64,000 bases of DNA. Origin: an uncultured Planctomycetales bacterium. GTDB taxonomy: Bacteria; Omnitrophota; Gorgyraeia; Gygaellales; Profunditerraquicolaceae. Shown here piece after piece: positions 29,683-38,823 of the stretch. The stretch lies in NCBI GenBank assembly GCA_964603585.1, contig CAZRVK010000002.1:28282-92281 (forward strand), given 5' to 3'. The notes below the pieces were generated by a model, which saw only the letters and a list, made by a program, of their open reading frames with translations, was not told where the DNA came from and searched no databases. Position 1 is the stretch's first letter, and the number at the start of each line of letters is the position of its first letter. The translations under genes were made by a program, and so were the position numbers.

Positions 29683-31143
29683 ATGCTTAGCGCCTTATTG
29701 GTTCAACAGTCTTCCGGCAGCTGGGAAAAAGCCGTGTCTTCACCCACATTGCCTTTATCTTTGATTTCTGCCGCAAGACAAATCCCTAAAGAATACAAAA
29801 TCAAATTATTCGACGCCAGGATAGAAGATGAAAAAGATATCCTTGTGCATCTTAAACAGCCCGGGCTTCTTCTTGCCTTCTCGGTCCTTACCGGAGCCTC
29901 GATCAAAAATATGCTTTCGTTTGTTAAAAAAGCAAAAGCCATTAACCATAGCCTGAAAATACTTTTAGGCGGCATACATCCATCGATATTACCGGAACAG
30001 ACACTCGCTTGCCCTTTGGTGGATTATATCATTACCGGCCCGGGAGAATTACCATTAAAAGAATTGATCATCCAACGGAGTAAAAATACCGGCTTCAACC
30101 CGCGGGGGATCCCCGGTCTCGGGTTCAAAGAAGAAAACCGGATAATAATCAACCCCAAAAAACATCCAGATGCAAAAGAGATCAACAGCTGGGATCTTCC
30201 AAATTACAAGTTAGTAGAAATCAGAAAATACCTGTTCGATTACAACGGCAAACCTACTATCTATATCGAAAGTTCACGCGGCTGTAACCACACCTGTTCA
30301 TTCTGTTCAAATGTGCCTCTGCATAACAGATGGGTACCCTATCTTCCTGAACGGGTAGTAGCACATATACGCTATCTCTATGAAAATTACGGCATAAAAA
30401 GTTTTTTATTCATTGATTTGGATTTCTTCACTGATCTGGAGCGCGCCAGGCGGATTTGCGAGCTTATCATCAAAGAAAAACTCGGTATTTCCTGGCATAC
30501 CCAGGGAGTACGCGTCGCCGAACTGATGCAGATGAAAGAAGATTTTATCAATCTTTTAAAAGAAAGCGGATTCAGGGAATTCGAGGCGATCGGCGTAGAA
30601 AGCGGGTCTCAACACCTGATCAATCTGATAAAAAAAGGATTTAATGTTGCAGATCTGCCAAAACTCAATGCGTCTTTTATGAATTTCGCTATCCCTATGC
30701 GGTATAATTTTATGATCGGCTTCCCTAATGAAACATACGAAGACACAAAGCAAACCATAGACATGGCACTAACCTTGAACAGGCAAAATCCCCACGCCTC
30801 AAATTCGATGTTTTATATTTACACCCCTTACCCCGGGACAGAATTCTATCGCCAGGCAATTGAATTGGGATTTAAAGCCCCTGACAATCTCCAGGAGTGG
30901 GGAAATATCCAGGGATGGATAACTTCTCCGATACATGGGAGAAAAATACAGGATAGATTGGAAAGGATACATTTCTTGTCGATTTTCACCACAATGACAT
31001 ATTGGAGCAAATTCTTCAGGCGCTATCATATATTGTGGTTATTCTTTGCTGTCTATAGATATATCGCCCTCTTCAGGCTTAATAAGAAATTCTTCCGCTT
31101 AATGCCTGAATTCCTGATCTGGAAATTCATCCGAATGCGTTAA
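29683..31143 (+). CDS. B12-binding (class B) radical SAM enzyme. Tandem paralogue 2 on the plus strand.
   Basis: ALLVQQSSGSWEKA...ILLGGIHPS...IITGPGE. SSRGCNHTCSFC. Collinear similarity with 28162-29622 over the full length (for example YIYTPYPGT, ERIHFLS, MPEFLIWK). Confidence 0.85.
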   Translation: MLSALLVQQSSGSWEKAVSSPTLPLSLISAARQIPKEYKIKLFDARIEDEKDILVHLKQPGLLLAFSVLTGASIKNMLSFVKKAKAINHSLKILLGGIHPSILPEQTLACPLVDYIITGPGELPLKELIIQRSKNTGFNPRGIPGLGFKEENRIIINPKKHPDAKEINSWDLPNYKLVEIRKYLFDYNGKPTIYIESSRGCNHTCSFCSNVPLHNRWVPYLPERVVAHIRYLYENYGIKSFLFIDLDFFTDLERARRICELIIKEKLGISWHTQGVRVAELMQMKEDFINLLKESGFREFEAIGVESGSQHLINLIKKGFNVADLPKLNASFMNFAIPMRYNFMIGFPNETYEDTKQTIDMALTLNRQNPHASNSMFYIYTPYPGTEFYRQAIELGFKAPDNLQEWGNIQGWITSPIHGRKIQDRLERIHFLSIFTTMTYWSKFFRRYHILWLFFAVYRYIALFRLNKKFFRLMPEFLIWKFIRMR

Positions 31144-32708
31144 AAATCATCTTGCCTTATACGCACGATCCCGGCATAACTTGAAATATAAAAATACCCG
31201 TTATCCGCACAGATCGCTTCGGGAGACTGTCCGATATAATACGATCTTTCCAACTTACGGGAAGCCCTTGATAAGATATAACAATACCCGTCATTATAAC
31301 TGAAGAACACGACCTTTTGGTTATTCAAGGCATAAACCTGTCTCGCTCCAATAGGGGCCGCATAGGTATTAATTATCCCTAAATCGGGCAGCGAGAGTTC
31401 CCAAAGCCTTGTATCGCTTACTGCCGATATCAAAAGGCTGTTATGAAAGCCATCGTAGGCAAAAGAAGCTCCCTGTGATGGAAGACGGACTTTTTTAGTG
31501 ATCATAAACCGCTGCGGATCCAGTTCAAAAAGCGAGTCTTTTGCAGGAAACAGCAAAAAATAAAGCTTGCCGGTAGCGGGGATATATTGCGCCTTCCAGA
31601 TATCCCCGACATTTCCGGAAGATTCACTTTTTAAATCGATAATGCCAAGGATATTATCATTTGAAATGCTGTATTTAACTATTTTTTTTGAACGATTAAA
31701 GAAAAAAATCAGGATGTCATTCCCGTCGAAATAGAAGGTTATTAATTCTTCCTCATTCTTAAATAACCGGTTAAATTCAATTGCAAATAACTGTTTGAGG
31801 CTGTCTTTATCCACAACCTGGATCTTGGCCGGAAGCCATATCCCAATGAATATCCGGCTATTTTGATTATCGATCCTAAATGCCCTCACCCCCGATACAG
31901 GAATTGCTTTGATCTCTCGCGTCAGCAAATCTACCCTTAAAAAAGAAGGTGGATTAGTGATTTGCTGGATATCGGAAGCATACGAAACATAGGCAGAATT
32001 TCCCGAAACAACCAGATCTCGCGGCCTGGGCCAGAATCCGAATAATTTCCACCCCCACCCCTGTTTTATAAGATCATTTTCCCTTGCCCAATCTTTTATC
32101 TGGGTTAAAGGAAAAACTACTTCTACCTCTTTCTGCGCGTAAATCTTCTTGAGAGAAAACTCATTTTCTCCCGCCGCATAATAGCCAAAAACAACCAAAA
32201 CGGCAATAGATAGCGGCAGTAAAACCGTGATCGTAAAGCGCAAGATCTTTTTTCTCACCACAAAAAACGAATAAAACAAAATGTACAAACATATCATTGA
32301 TAAGGATAGCTTATAATGCACCCAAAAAAATGGTTTAAGGTATGCCGATAGGGTACTCAAGGCATATTCTGCCCCCTGGATCAACCCTGAATATTTGGGG
32401 AATAAAATGGTTGCTTCCTCACTGCGCGGGATATTTATGACAAGAAAAAAAAGAAAGACTAATATTACCGCTTTAACTAAGACTTGCAAATAGAATTTAA
32501 GGACTCCGGATTGCTTTTTGTCATAGTATTTGCTCATCAGGAATTCAAAGCAGATAAGAAGCGCTGGGAAAATGATTATTTGCAATAATGACAGCCTTGT
32601 CCTGCTGGAATATTCAAGGATAAGAAAAAGGCAGGATATGACCAAGACTCCGATAAAGAAAGGGAAAAAGATCCTGGCTGCCTGGCAGCAAAAACGGCAT
32701 AATTTCAT
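31140..32708 (-). CDS. Membrane-anchored protein. About 5 N-terminal TM helices plus a C-terminal, probably beta-rich (propeller-like), domain. Unknown function.
   Basis: N-terminal hydrophobic segments. The C-terminal roughly 330 aa is hydrophilic with repeated aromatic/Gly segments. No family motif recognised. Confidence 0.4.
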   Translation of the reverse strand: MKLCRFCCQAARIFFPFFIGVLVISCLFLILEYSSRTRLSLLQIIIFPALLICFEFLMSKYYDKKQSGVLKFYLQVLVKAVILVFLFFLVINIPRSEEATILFPKYSGLIQGAEYALSTLSAYLKPFFWVHYKLSLSMICLYILFYSFFVVRKKILRFTITVLLPLSIAVLVVFGYYAAGENEFSLKKIYAQKEVEVVFPLTQIKDWARENDLIKQGWGWKLFGFWPRPRDLVVSGNSAYVSYASDIQQITNPPSFLRVDLLTREIKAIPVSGVRAFRIDNQNSRIFIGIWLPAKIQVVDKDSLKQLFAIEFNRLFKNEEELITFYFDGNDILIFFFNRSKKIVKYSISNDNILGIIDLKSESSGNVGDIWKAQYIPATGKLYFLLFPAKDSLFELDPQRFMITKKVRLPSQGASFAYDGFHNSLLISAVSDTRLWELSLPDLGIINTYAAPIGARQVYALNNQKVVFFSYNDGYCYILSRASRKLERSYYIGQSPEAICADNGYFYISSYAGIVRIRQDDF

Positions 32709-32736
32709 CTTGCGGGTTAATCGCAGTGTAAGCGCA

Positions 32737-34305
32737 TCACGAATCGTACCATTGAGGTTTTTTCATATGCATGAAGGCCGTTACCCCTTCAAATTTCTTC
32801 CGCCTGAAGAGCGTATCGGTTATCTCGACAAACATCATCCTTGCGGTATTTACAAAAAACCACCAATATAAATTGCGTTTATGTTTGTGGGGAGAAAATA
32901 ATCCCCGAACCAGCCAATGAGGACGGTAAAGAACATAACGTTTATTTAACTCCATATTCAATTTAGCAAATTCGTCGCGCGAAATACCAGAGGTAGAACG
33001 CATGGTAGGAGTAGCCCAATCATAATTCTTAAAATCGGTTTCCTCCAGCAAGCCTTTTTCCTTTGCCTCTTGATATAAATAAGTCCCGGGTACGGGTGCT
33101 ACAGGATGGAAGGCAGGATAATCGATATCGATCTCTCTGGCATAGTCAACCAGGCTCAACATGGACTTTCGGGTATCAAACGGCAAACAGGTCACGAATG
33201 TCCCCTGCCTGAACACATGCGGATATTTTTTCTTAAAGATCATAAAAACTTCTTTTACCATTTCCCGAGTGTAAACTGATTTCTTGATCTTTCGCAGATC
33301 TTCTGTGCAGCCACGCTCCACCCCGATCAATGGATGCACTAAACCGGCTTTGACCATTTTTCCTAAAACCCCAAGCCGTTCATCCCTTAGCACAAAATCA
33401 GCCCGCAGAAAAGCCCACCAAAACAGGTCTTTATAATTGCGCTTAATGAGCTTTTCGCAGAAATCTTCCGTCCATTTACTATCCACATTAAAAGTAGGAT
33501 CAGCCCAAATAAGATACCTGCGATTATACTTATTATAAAGGATATCCACCTCTTCAAGCGTTCTTTCAACACTCTTTGTCCGATACTCCGGGTTAACCTC
33601 CAATCGGCCTTTCTCGATATTTGTATCGGTCTGCCTGCCCCAAAAAGTCCAGAGAGAACAAAAATTACACCGATCAATACAACCACGTGAATGCTCTATG
33701 GTAGCGCTCTGCGGCCAAAGGTAGCCAAAAGGCGCGTATTTACCCATTGGCATAAGATCATAAGCTGGCATCGGTAAAGAATCGAGGTCTTTTATTAAAG
33801 GCCTTATCGCGGTCTTAATGATCTTGCCGCCGTTTTTATATGCGATGCCTTGGACGTTTAAAAGGTCTGTATTATCAATTAAAGCCCGGATTAAATCTAC
33901 AACTGTCTGGTCTCCCTCAAATCTTACAATAATATCGATTGGGTATTGGGCAAAACTGTAATCCGTCATCCAGGAGAAGAAATGCCCTCCAGCCATGGTA
34001 ATCACTTTGGGATTCAACTCTTTTGCCAGCTCAAATAACTTAACCGCCTCATGATGATAAAGTGCCTCTTCTCCGGCTCCGACAATATCCGGATTCTCTT
34101 TTTGGAGGATTCCCTTCAAACTACTCCAACCGATCTTCAGAGGAGGACAGTCGATAATCTTAACTTCGACCCCGGGGACTTTTTCTCTGATAGCTGCCGC
34201 AATAGAAGGTAATCCTAAAGGCAAAAGAAAGTTATCGGATTCATTGATAAACGGCCATAAATACCTGGGGGGACGCACCAAAACCACTTTTTTAAGAGTT
34301 TTCAT
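32737..34305 (-). CDS. B12-binding (class B) radical SAM enzyme.
   Basis: HSRGCIDRCNFC. VVLVRPPRY...PLGLPSIAAAI...TMAGGHF...IVRFEGD. I placed the start at the internal MKTLKKVVLVRPP (34305). The track ORF start (34359) would overlap the upstream GT9 gene by 47 nt. Confidence 0.8.
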   Translation of the reverse strand: MKTLKKVVLVRPPRYLWPFINESDNFLLPLGLPSIAAAIREKVPGVEVKIIDCPPLKIGWSSLKGILQKENPDIVGAGEEALYHHEAVKLFELAKELNPKVITMAGGHFFSWMTDYSFAQYPIDIIVRFEGDQTVVDLIRALIDNTDLLNVQGIAYKNGGKIIKTAIRPLIKDLDSLPMPAYDLMPMGKYAPFGYLWPQSATIEHSRGCIDRCNFCSLWTFWGRQTDTNIEKGRLEVNPEYRTKSVERTLEEVDILYNKYNRRYLIWADPTFNVDSKWTEDFCEKLIKRNYKDLFWWAFLRADFVLRDERLGVLGKMVKAGLVHPLIGVERGCTEDLRKIKKSVYTREMVKEVFMIFKKKYPHVFRQGTFVTCLPFDTRKSMLSLVDYAREIDIDYPAFHPVAPVPGTYLYQEAKEKGLLEETDFKNYDWATPTMRSTSGISRDEFAKLNMELNKRYVLYRPHWLVRGLFSPHKHKRNLYWWFFVNTARMMFVEITDTLFRRKKFEGVTAFMHMKKPQWYDS

Positions 34306-34312
34306 TTTATCC

Positions 34313-35536
34313 TTATCCTGCAGTTCGGAAACAAACGGTTTGAAGTTGTGAATATACATCTTCTGGTTTAATAAACTTCAAGCATTTATTATCCCGGCAG
34401 GCCGATTCCCGGTGATTGAATGCCGAAAAACACGGTGCACAGGGAATTCCTGAATAGAAGATCCTGGTATTCCCGGATAAAGGCGCGTACACCTGTGGAC
34501 TTTCCGGGCCGAAAATAATAAATTCCTTTACCCGCGTTAATGCAGCCAAATGGGCAAGCCCGCAATCATTAGAGATAAACGCATGCGCCATGGTTAAAAG
34601 GGCCAACACTTCTTCTAATTTCGTGGCGTTAACCAGATTAATGCACCGGGCATCATTCAAACGGCACTGTATCTGATTTGCCTTGGACAAAGAACCCTGC
34701 ATACCCACAAGCACCAAATAGTTATGTTTATCAAGCAAAATATTCTCTGCCAACGAAATAAAGTTATTTAAAGGCCAGACCCGAAGAGGGATATTTTCCT
34801 CCCCGGGATTCATTAAGACAAGCCTGGACCCAGAGCTAAATCCCGCAGATAACAACATCTCCTGCATCTTTTTTTTTATCTCTTCCGGAGGATAATACTG
34901 CGGCAAAACCAACTCCTCATCTTCGATCTTACGATTAAATTCAGGGGAAGATTTATCTTCTTCTTTGACAGCATCCCAGAACGAGATAAACGATTTACTG
35001 ATATGCAATAAAGGATTATATTGTACTTTATGGGTCAATAGATCCCCTCTATATAAGCCTTCGCTACAATAACGCCAGAAACCCACTCTTTTTACTGCAC
35101 CGCTTAGATACGCAAGAATGGCGGTGAATCTGGAGAATAATTCAAGATCCAAGGCAATATCTATCCTCTCCCTGCGTAATCTACGGATAACCCGCAAAAG
35201 ATCAAGAACGAACACGCCCAAGCTGTCTTCTCTGATAGTCAACACTTCTATGGCCGGGCTAAGATTAAGAGCGCTAAAAACTTCCTGATTCTTTCGAAAA
35301 GTCAAAAAAAATATCCTTGCCCCAGGATAGGCATTTTGCACCCGATAAATAAGCGGGTAAGTCAAAATAATACTCCCCATTTCAGATAATTTGATAAAGA
35401 GCACTTTATTAAAACTACCGCCGGTGACTTTGCGGTGGAAATTTAATAAACAAAATAAATAACGTAAACCCGTGATAAAGAAACAAAACGGGATACCAAG
35501 CCAATAATCTAATTGTCGCATAAATGCGTTGGGCAT
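34313..35536 (-). CDS. Glycosyltransferase family 9 (ADP-heptose:LPS heptosyltransferase-like).
   Basis: C-terminal LVLMNPGEEN...VNATKLEEVLALLTMAHAFISNDCGLAHLAALTRVKEFIIFGPESPQVYAP matches the GT9 signature (NDSGxMHLAAAxG...FGPT). Carries an N-terminal hydrophobic extension. Confidence 0.7.
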   Translation of the reverse strand: MPNAFMRQLDYWLGIPFCFFITGLRYLFCLLNFHRKVTGGSFNKVLFIKLSEMGSIILTYPLIYRVQNAYPGARIFFLTFRKNQEVFSALNLSPAIEVLTIREDSLGVFVLDLLRVIRRLRRERIDIALDLELFSRFTAILAYLSGAVKRVGFWRYCSEGLYRGDLLTHKVQYNPLLHISKSFISFWDAVKEEDKSSPEFNRKIEDEELVLPQYYPPEEIKKKMQEMLLSAGFSSGSRLVLMNPGEENIPLRVWPLNNFISLAENILLDKHNYLVLVGMQGSLSKANQIQCRLNDARCINLVNATKLEEVLALLTMAHAFISNDCGLAHLAALTRVKEFIIFGPESPQVYAPLSGNTRIFYSGIPCAPCFSAFNHRESACRDNKCLKFIKPEDVYSQLQTVCFRTAG

Positions 35537-35675
35537 GTTAAGGAAATAACACTAAAAACGATCGTTTCGTTATATGATAACATCCCTTGAGCAAATAAAA
35601 AAGCGTTTTCTTCGATCCTGGTCACCTGCAATAGGAACAATAATGTTTGGATTTAACCCGGGTTAGCGGTAAAAT

Positions 35676-36542
35676 ATGAATATGAAAGATAGAAATAAAC
35701 TGGTGCTTTCTGCGGGCTTTAAACAGGCAAAAGGCATTACCAGAAAATACGCTAAAACCTTTTACTTCTCTTCTTTTTTTCTGCCTAAGGATAAAAGATA
35801 CGCTGCTTACTCAATCTATGCCATCTGCCGGGTAAGCGATGAAGCAGTAGACGAACCAAACAGTTGGAACGCAAATAAAATCAACCGGATCAAAGTTGAT
35901 ATTGAAAAGGTCTATACGGGCCACCCCCTGGATGATAATTTATTACTGGCTTTTCGGGAGACTATAAATAAATACAACCTGCCTAAAGAATATTTTGACC
36001 AACTGCTGGAGGGTATGTATTGCGATATAAATAAGGACCGCTACGCCGATTTTACTGAACTAAAACTCTACTGTTATAAAGTCGCCGGTGTAGTAGGGCT
36101 AATGATGCTTAGAATCCTGGGATATAACTTGGCGGCAGAAAAATATGCCATAAATCTGGGGATTGCAATGCAGCTTACTAACATCATTCGGGATATAAAA
36201 GAGGATTTCGATAGAAAAAGAGTTTACCTGCCGCAGGATGAATTGACACGATTCGGGGTCACAGAAAATGATATAGCATCCGGAAAAGTAAACCAAAAGA
36301 TGAAATCATTACTTCTATTCCAAATAAAAAGAGCCAGGGATTTCTACGCGGCAGCTAATGCCGGGATCAAATTAATCCCGGATAGGCGATCCCGTCTTGT
36401 AATTTTGTGCATGAAGGAAATCTATGCCGGGATCTTGGCAGCCATAGAAAGAAATGGCTATGATGTCTTCACAAAACGTGCACATGTAAATATATCGGAA
36501 AAGATTATTAAATCGTTTAAAATACTTAGAAAGGGAAGATAA
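35676..36542 (+). CDS. Squalene/phytoene synthase-family protein (CrtB/HpnD-like head-to-head prenyl synthase).
   Basis: YAICRVSDEAVDE (first Asp-rich motif), YCYKVAGVVGLMMLRILG, and NIIRDIKEDFDRKRVYLPQDEL (second Asp-rich region). Confidence 0.75.
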   Translation: MNMKDRNKLVLSAGFKQAKGITRKYAKTFYFSSFFLPKDKRYAAYSIYAICRVSDEAVDEPNSWNANKINRIKVDIEKVYTGHPLDDNLLLAFRETINKYNLPKEYFDQLLEGMYCDINKDRYADFTELKLYCYKVAGVVGLMMLRILGYNLAAEKYAINLGIAMQLTNIIRDIKEDFDRKRVYLPQDELTRFGVTENDIASGKVNQKMKSLLLFQIKRARDFYAAANAGIKLIPDRRSRLVILCMKEIYAGILAAIERNGYDVFTKRAHVNISEKIIKSFKILRKGR

Positions 36543-37382
36543 ATGAAAATTAACTTGGCATCCTCCGCAGGATTTTGTTCCGGGGTAAAAAGGGCTTTAA
36601 AAATAGCGCTCGAATTGTCAAAAACCGGGCAGAATATAGAGATGCTGGGGGATATCGTACACAATGAGGATGTAGTCAAAGAAATAGAAAAATCCGGGAT
36701 CAAAAAAGTAAAAATGCTTAGGAAAGGAAGTAACAAGACGCTTTTAATCCGTGCGCATGGAGCAGCTAAACGCACATTAGAAAGAGCCGCCAGATTAGGA
36801 TACAAAATCGTTGATGCCACCTGTCCAATGGTAAAAGAGATCCACCGTATCGTAAGCGAGATGGAAAAAGAAGGGTATCAGATTATTATTATCGGGGACA
36901 AAGAACACGACGAGGTGCAAGGGATCGCCGGACAGCTAAAAACAAAGGCCATGAAGATCGACACACAGAATGATATCCCCAAGAATCCCAAACACGGCTG
37001 GCAAAGGGCCTGTGTAGTCGTGCAATCAACCCAACAACTTGAGAAGGCCTTAAAGATCGTGAAAAACCTCGAGGCACGGATCAAGGAATTGAAGTTCTTC
37101 AATACTATCTGTCTGCCGACAAGGATAAAACAAGAAGAAATCAAAACCTTACCGCTAAAGAATGACGTAATCATAGTCATCGGTTCAAAGAACTCCGCGA
37201 ACAGCAAAAGATTATATGAAATTTCCCGTTCCCTGAATAAAAAGACCTATTGGGTGCAATCCAAGGATGAGATCAAGCTACGGTGGCTGAAAAAGGCGAA
37301 AACGGTAGGAATAACTTCCGGTGCATCAACTCCTGATACAACTACAAAAGAAATCATTAAGTATATCCGGTCGATCACTTAA
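36543..37382 (+). CDS. ispH: 4-hydroxy-3-methylbut-2-enyl diphosphate reductase IspH.
   Basis: SAGFCSGVKRALKIALE. HNEDVVKEIEKSGI. TCPMVKEIHR. NTICLPT (conserved Cys triad). SANSKRL. Confidence 0.85.
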   Translation: MKINLASSAGFCSGVKRALKIALELSKTGQNIEMLGDIVHNEDVVKEIEKSGIKKVKMLRKGSNKTLLIRAHGAAKRTLERAARLGYKIVDATCPMVKEIHRIVSEMEKEGYQIIIIGDKEHDEVQGIAGQLKTKAMKIDTQNDIPKNPKHGWQRACVVVQSTQQLEKALKIVKNLEARIKELKFFNTICLPTRIKQEEIKTLPLKNDVIIVIGSKNSANSKRLYEISRSLNKKTYWVQSKDEIKLRWLKKAKTVGITSGASTPDTTTKEIIKYIRSIT

Positions 37383-38820
37383 CCTGAGAAATCATATCCG
37401 CAACTATCCTCGAACTTGCAATTACCACCGGCAACCCTCCCCCGGGTTGAGTACTGGCCCCTACGAAATACATTCCTTTTATCGAATGGTCATAATTGAC
37501 CGGCCTAAAGAAAGCGCTTTGCATCAAATTATGAGCTAAACCAAAAGTAGCTCCATATTTAATATTATAACGATCAATGAAATCCTGCGGATAAAACCGA
37601 TGCTCAACTTCAATCAAATCTTCAAGGTTATCTCCAATAACCGCACTGATTTTCTCAAAAACAATTTTTCTAAGACGTTGTTCGTGCCGACTGATATCAT
37701 CCTTAAGCCCTTTCAGGTTGGGAACTGGGACCAGAATATAAACTATATCTTTTCCTTGGCATGCCAGAGAAGGATCAGTTACCGTCGGCACATGCGCATA
37801 AAAAGATGGTTCGATCGGGATTACTTTATCTTTAAATATCTGATCCAAGTTTTTATCTAAATCATTGGAAAAGAATAAGTTGTGGTGAACTAATCCCCTG
37901 ATCTTTTTCTTCAGGCCAAGATAGATCAAATAAACCGAACATGAATATTTGTAATCAACTAATTTGCGTCCCAAAAGAACATCTTGTGTATAGGCATAAT
38001 CCGCATTAGCAACTGCAATATCGGCAACAATTGTTCTGTCTGAAAGCTCTAATCGGATAGAACCTTTTTGACGCCTGACCCGTTTTACCGGAGCATTATA
38101 ATGAAATTCTACACCAAAATCCCTGGCTAATCTTTCCAAAGCAAGCGGTATTTCATACATCCCCCCAATCGGATGAAATATTTTCTGCATATGATCAGCG
38201 TAACTGATAACACTATAAAAAGCCGGGGCCTGCCGGGGAGAAACCCCCATAAACATTGCCTCAAAGGTCATAGCATAACAAAGTTTATCGCTCTTAAAGA
38301 ATTTATGTGCTAAGGCCCAATAAGACTCGAAAGCTTTTATCCTCGCGGCTAAAGACCAATAATTTGGATTTAATAAAGCGGCTGGAGAAAAGCATTTATA
38401 CAGAATAGGCCTCACAGCTTGATAGATACGGGCGGTTGCAATAATAAACTTGTCATAGGCTAAAGCCGCTCCTGGTTCTATTTTCTCCAGAGCTTCTTTA
38501 GTCTTGATAGGATCATTGTAAACAACCAAAGAGTCTTCGTCAGGATAGAAGATCTTATAATGAAGATCTAAAGCTTTGAAATTCAAGTAGTCCGGAAGGG
38601 ATTTACCACAAGATTGAAACAGTTCCTCGAAGAAATCCGGCATGAGCACAAAGGAAGGGCCCATATCGAATTTAAAGCCTTGATCTTCCAGTAAATTGTT
38701 GCGCCCGCCGCAATTAGGCAGTTTTTCATATACGGAAACTTTGAATCCGCATGATCCTAACCGGATTGCCGCAGCCAAACCGCCAACTCCTGCGCCGATA
38801 ATTGCAACTCGTTTCTTCAT
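37375..38820 (-). CDS. CrtI-family (phytoene desaturase-like) FAD-dependent oxidoreductase.
   Basis: N-terminal dinucleotide-binding motif VAIIGAGVGGLAAAIRL...VYEKLPNCGGR. About 480 aa, the typical CrtI/CrtD/CrtN size. C-terminal FVGASTQPGGGLP. Confidence 0.75.
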   Translation of the reverse strand: MKKRVAIIGAGVGGLAAAIRLGSCGFKVSVYEKLPNCGGRNNLLEDQGFKFDMGPSFVLMPDFFEELFQSCGKSLPDYLNFKALDLHYKIFYPDEDSLVVYNDPIKTKEALEKIEPGAALAYDKFIIATARIYQAVRPILYKCFSPAALLNPNYWSLAARIKAFESYWALAHKFFKSDKLCYAMTFEAMFMGVSPRQAPAFYSVISYADHMQKIFHPIGGMYEIPLALERLARDFGVEFHYNAPVKRVRRQKGSIRLELSDRTIVADIAVANADYAYTQDVLLGRKLVDYKYSCSVYLIYLGLKKKIRGLVHHNLFFSNDLDKNLDQIFKDKVIPIEPSFYAHVPTVTDPSLACQGKDIVYILVPVPNLKGLKDDISRHEQRLRKIVFEKISAVIGDNLEDLIEVEHRFYPQDFIDRYNIKYGATFGLAHNLMQSAFFRPVNYDHSIKGMYFVGASTQPGGGLPVVIASSRIVADMISQVK

Positions 38821-38823
38821 AAC

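Noticed and set aside
35676-38820. Considered calling the locus a hopanoid (hpnCDE-ispH) cluster.
   Set aside because: Only one squalene/phytoene-synthase paralogue is present (hpn loci have hpnC plus hpnD). There is no shc in the window. The FAD enzyme is of CrtI-like length. The evidence is insufficient to distinguish C30 squalene, diapocarotenoid and C40 carotenoid routes.
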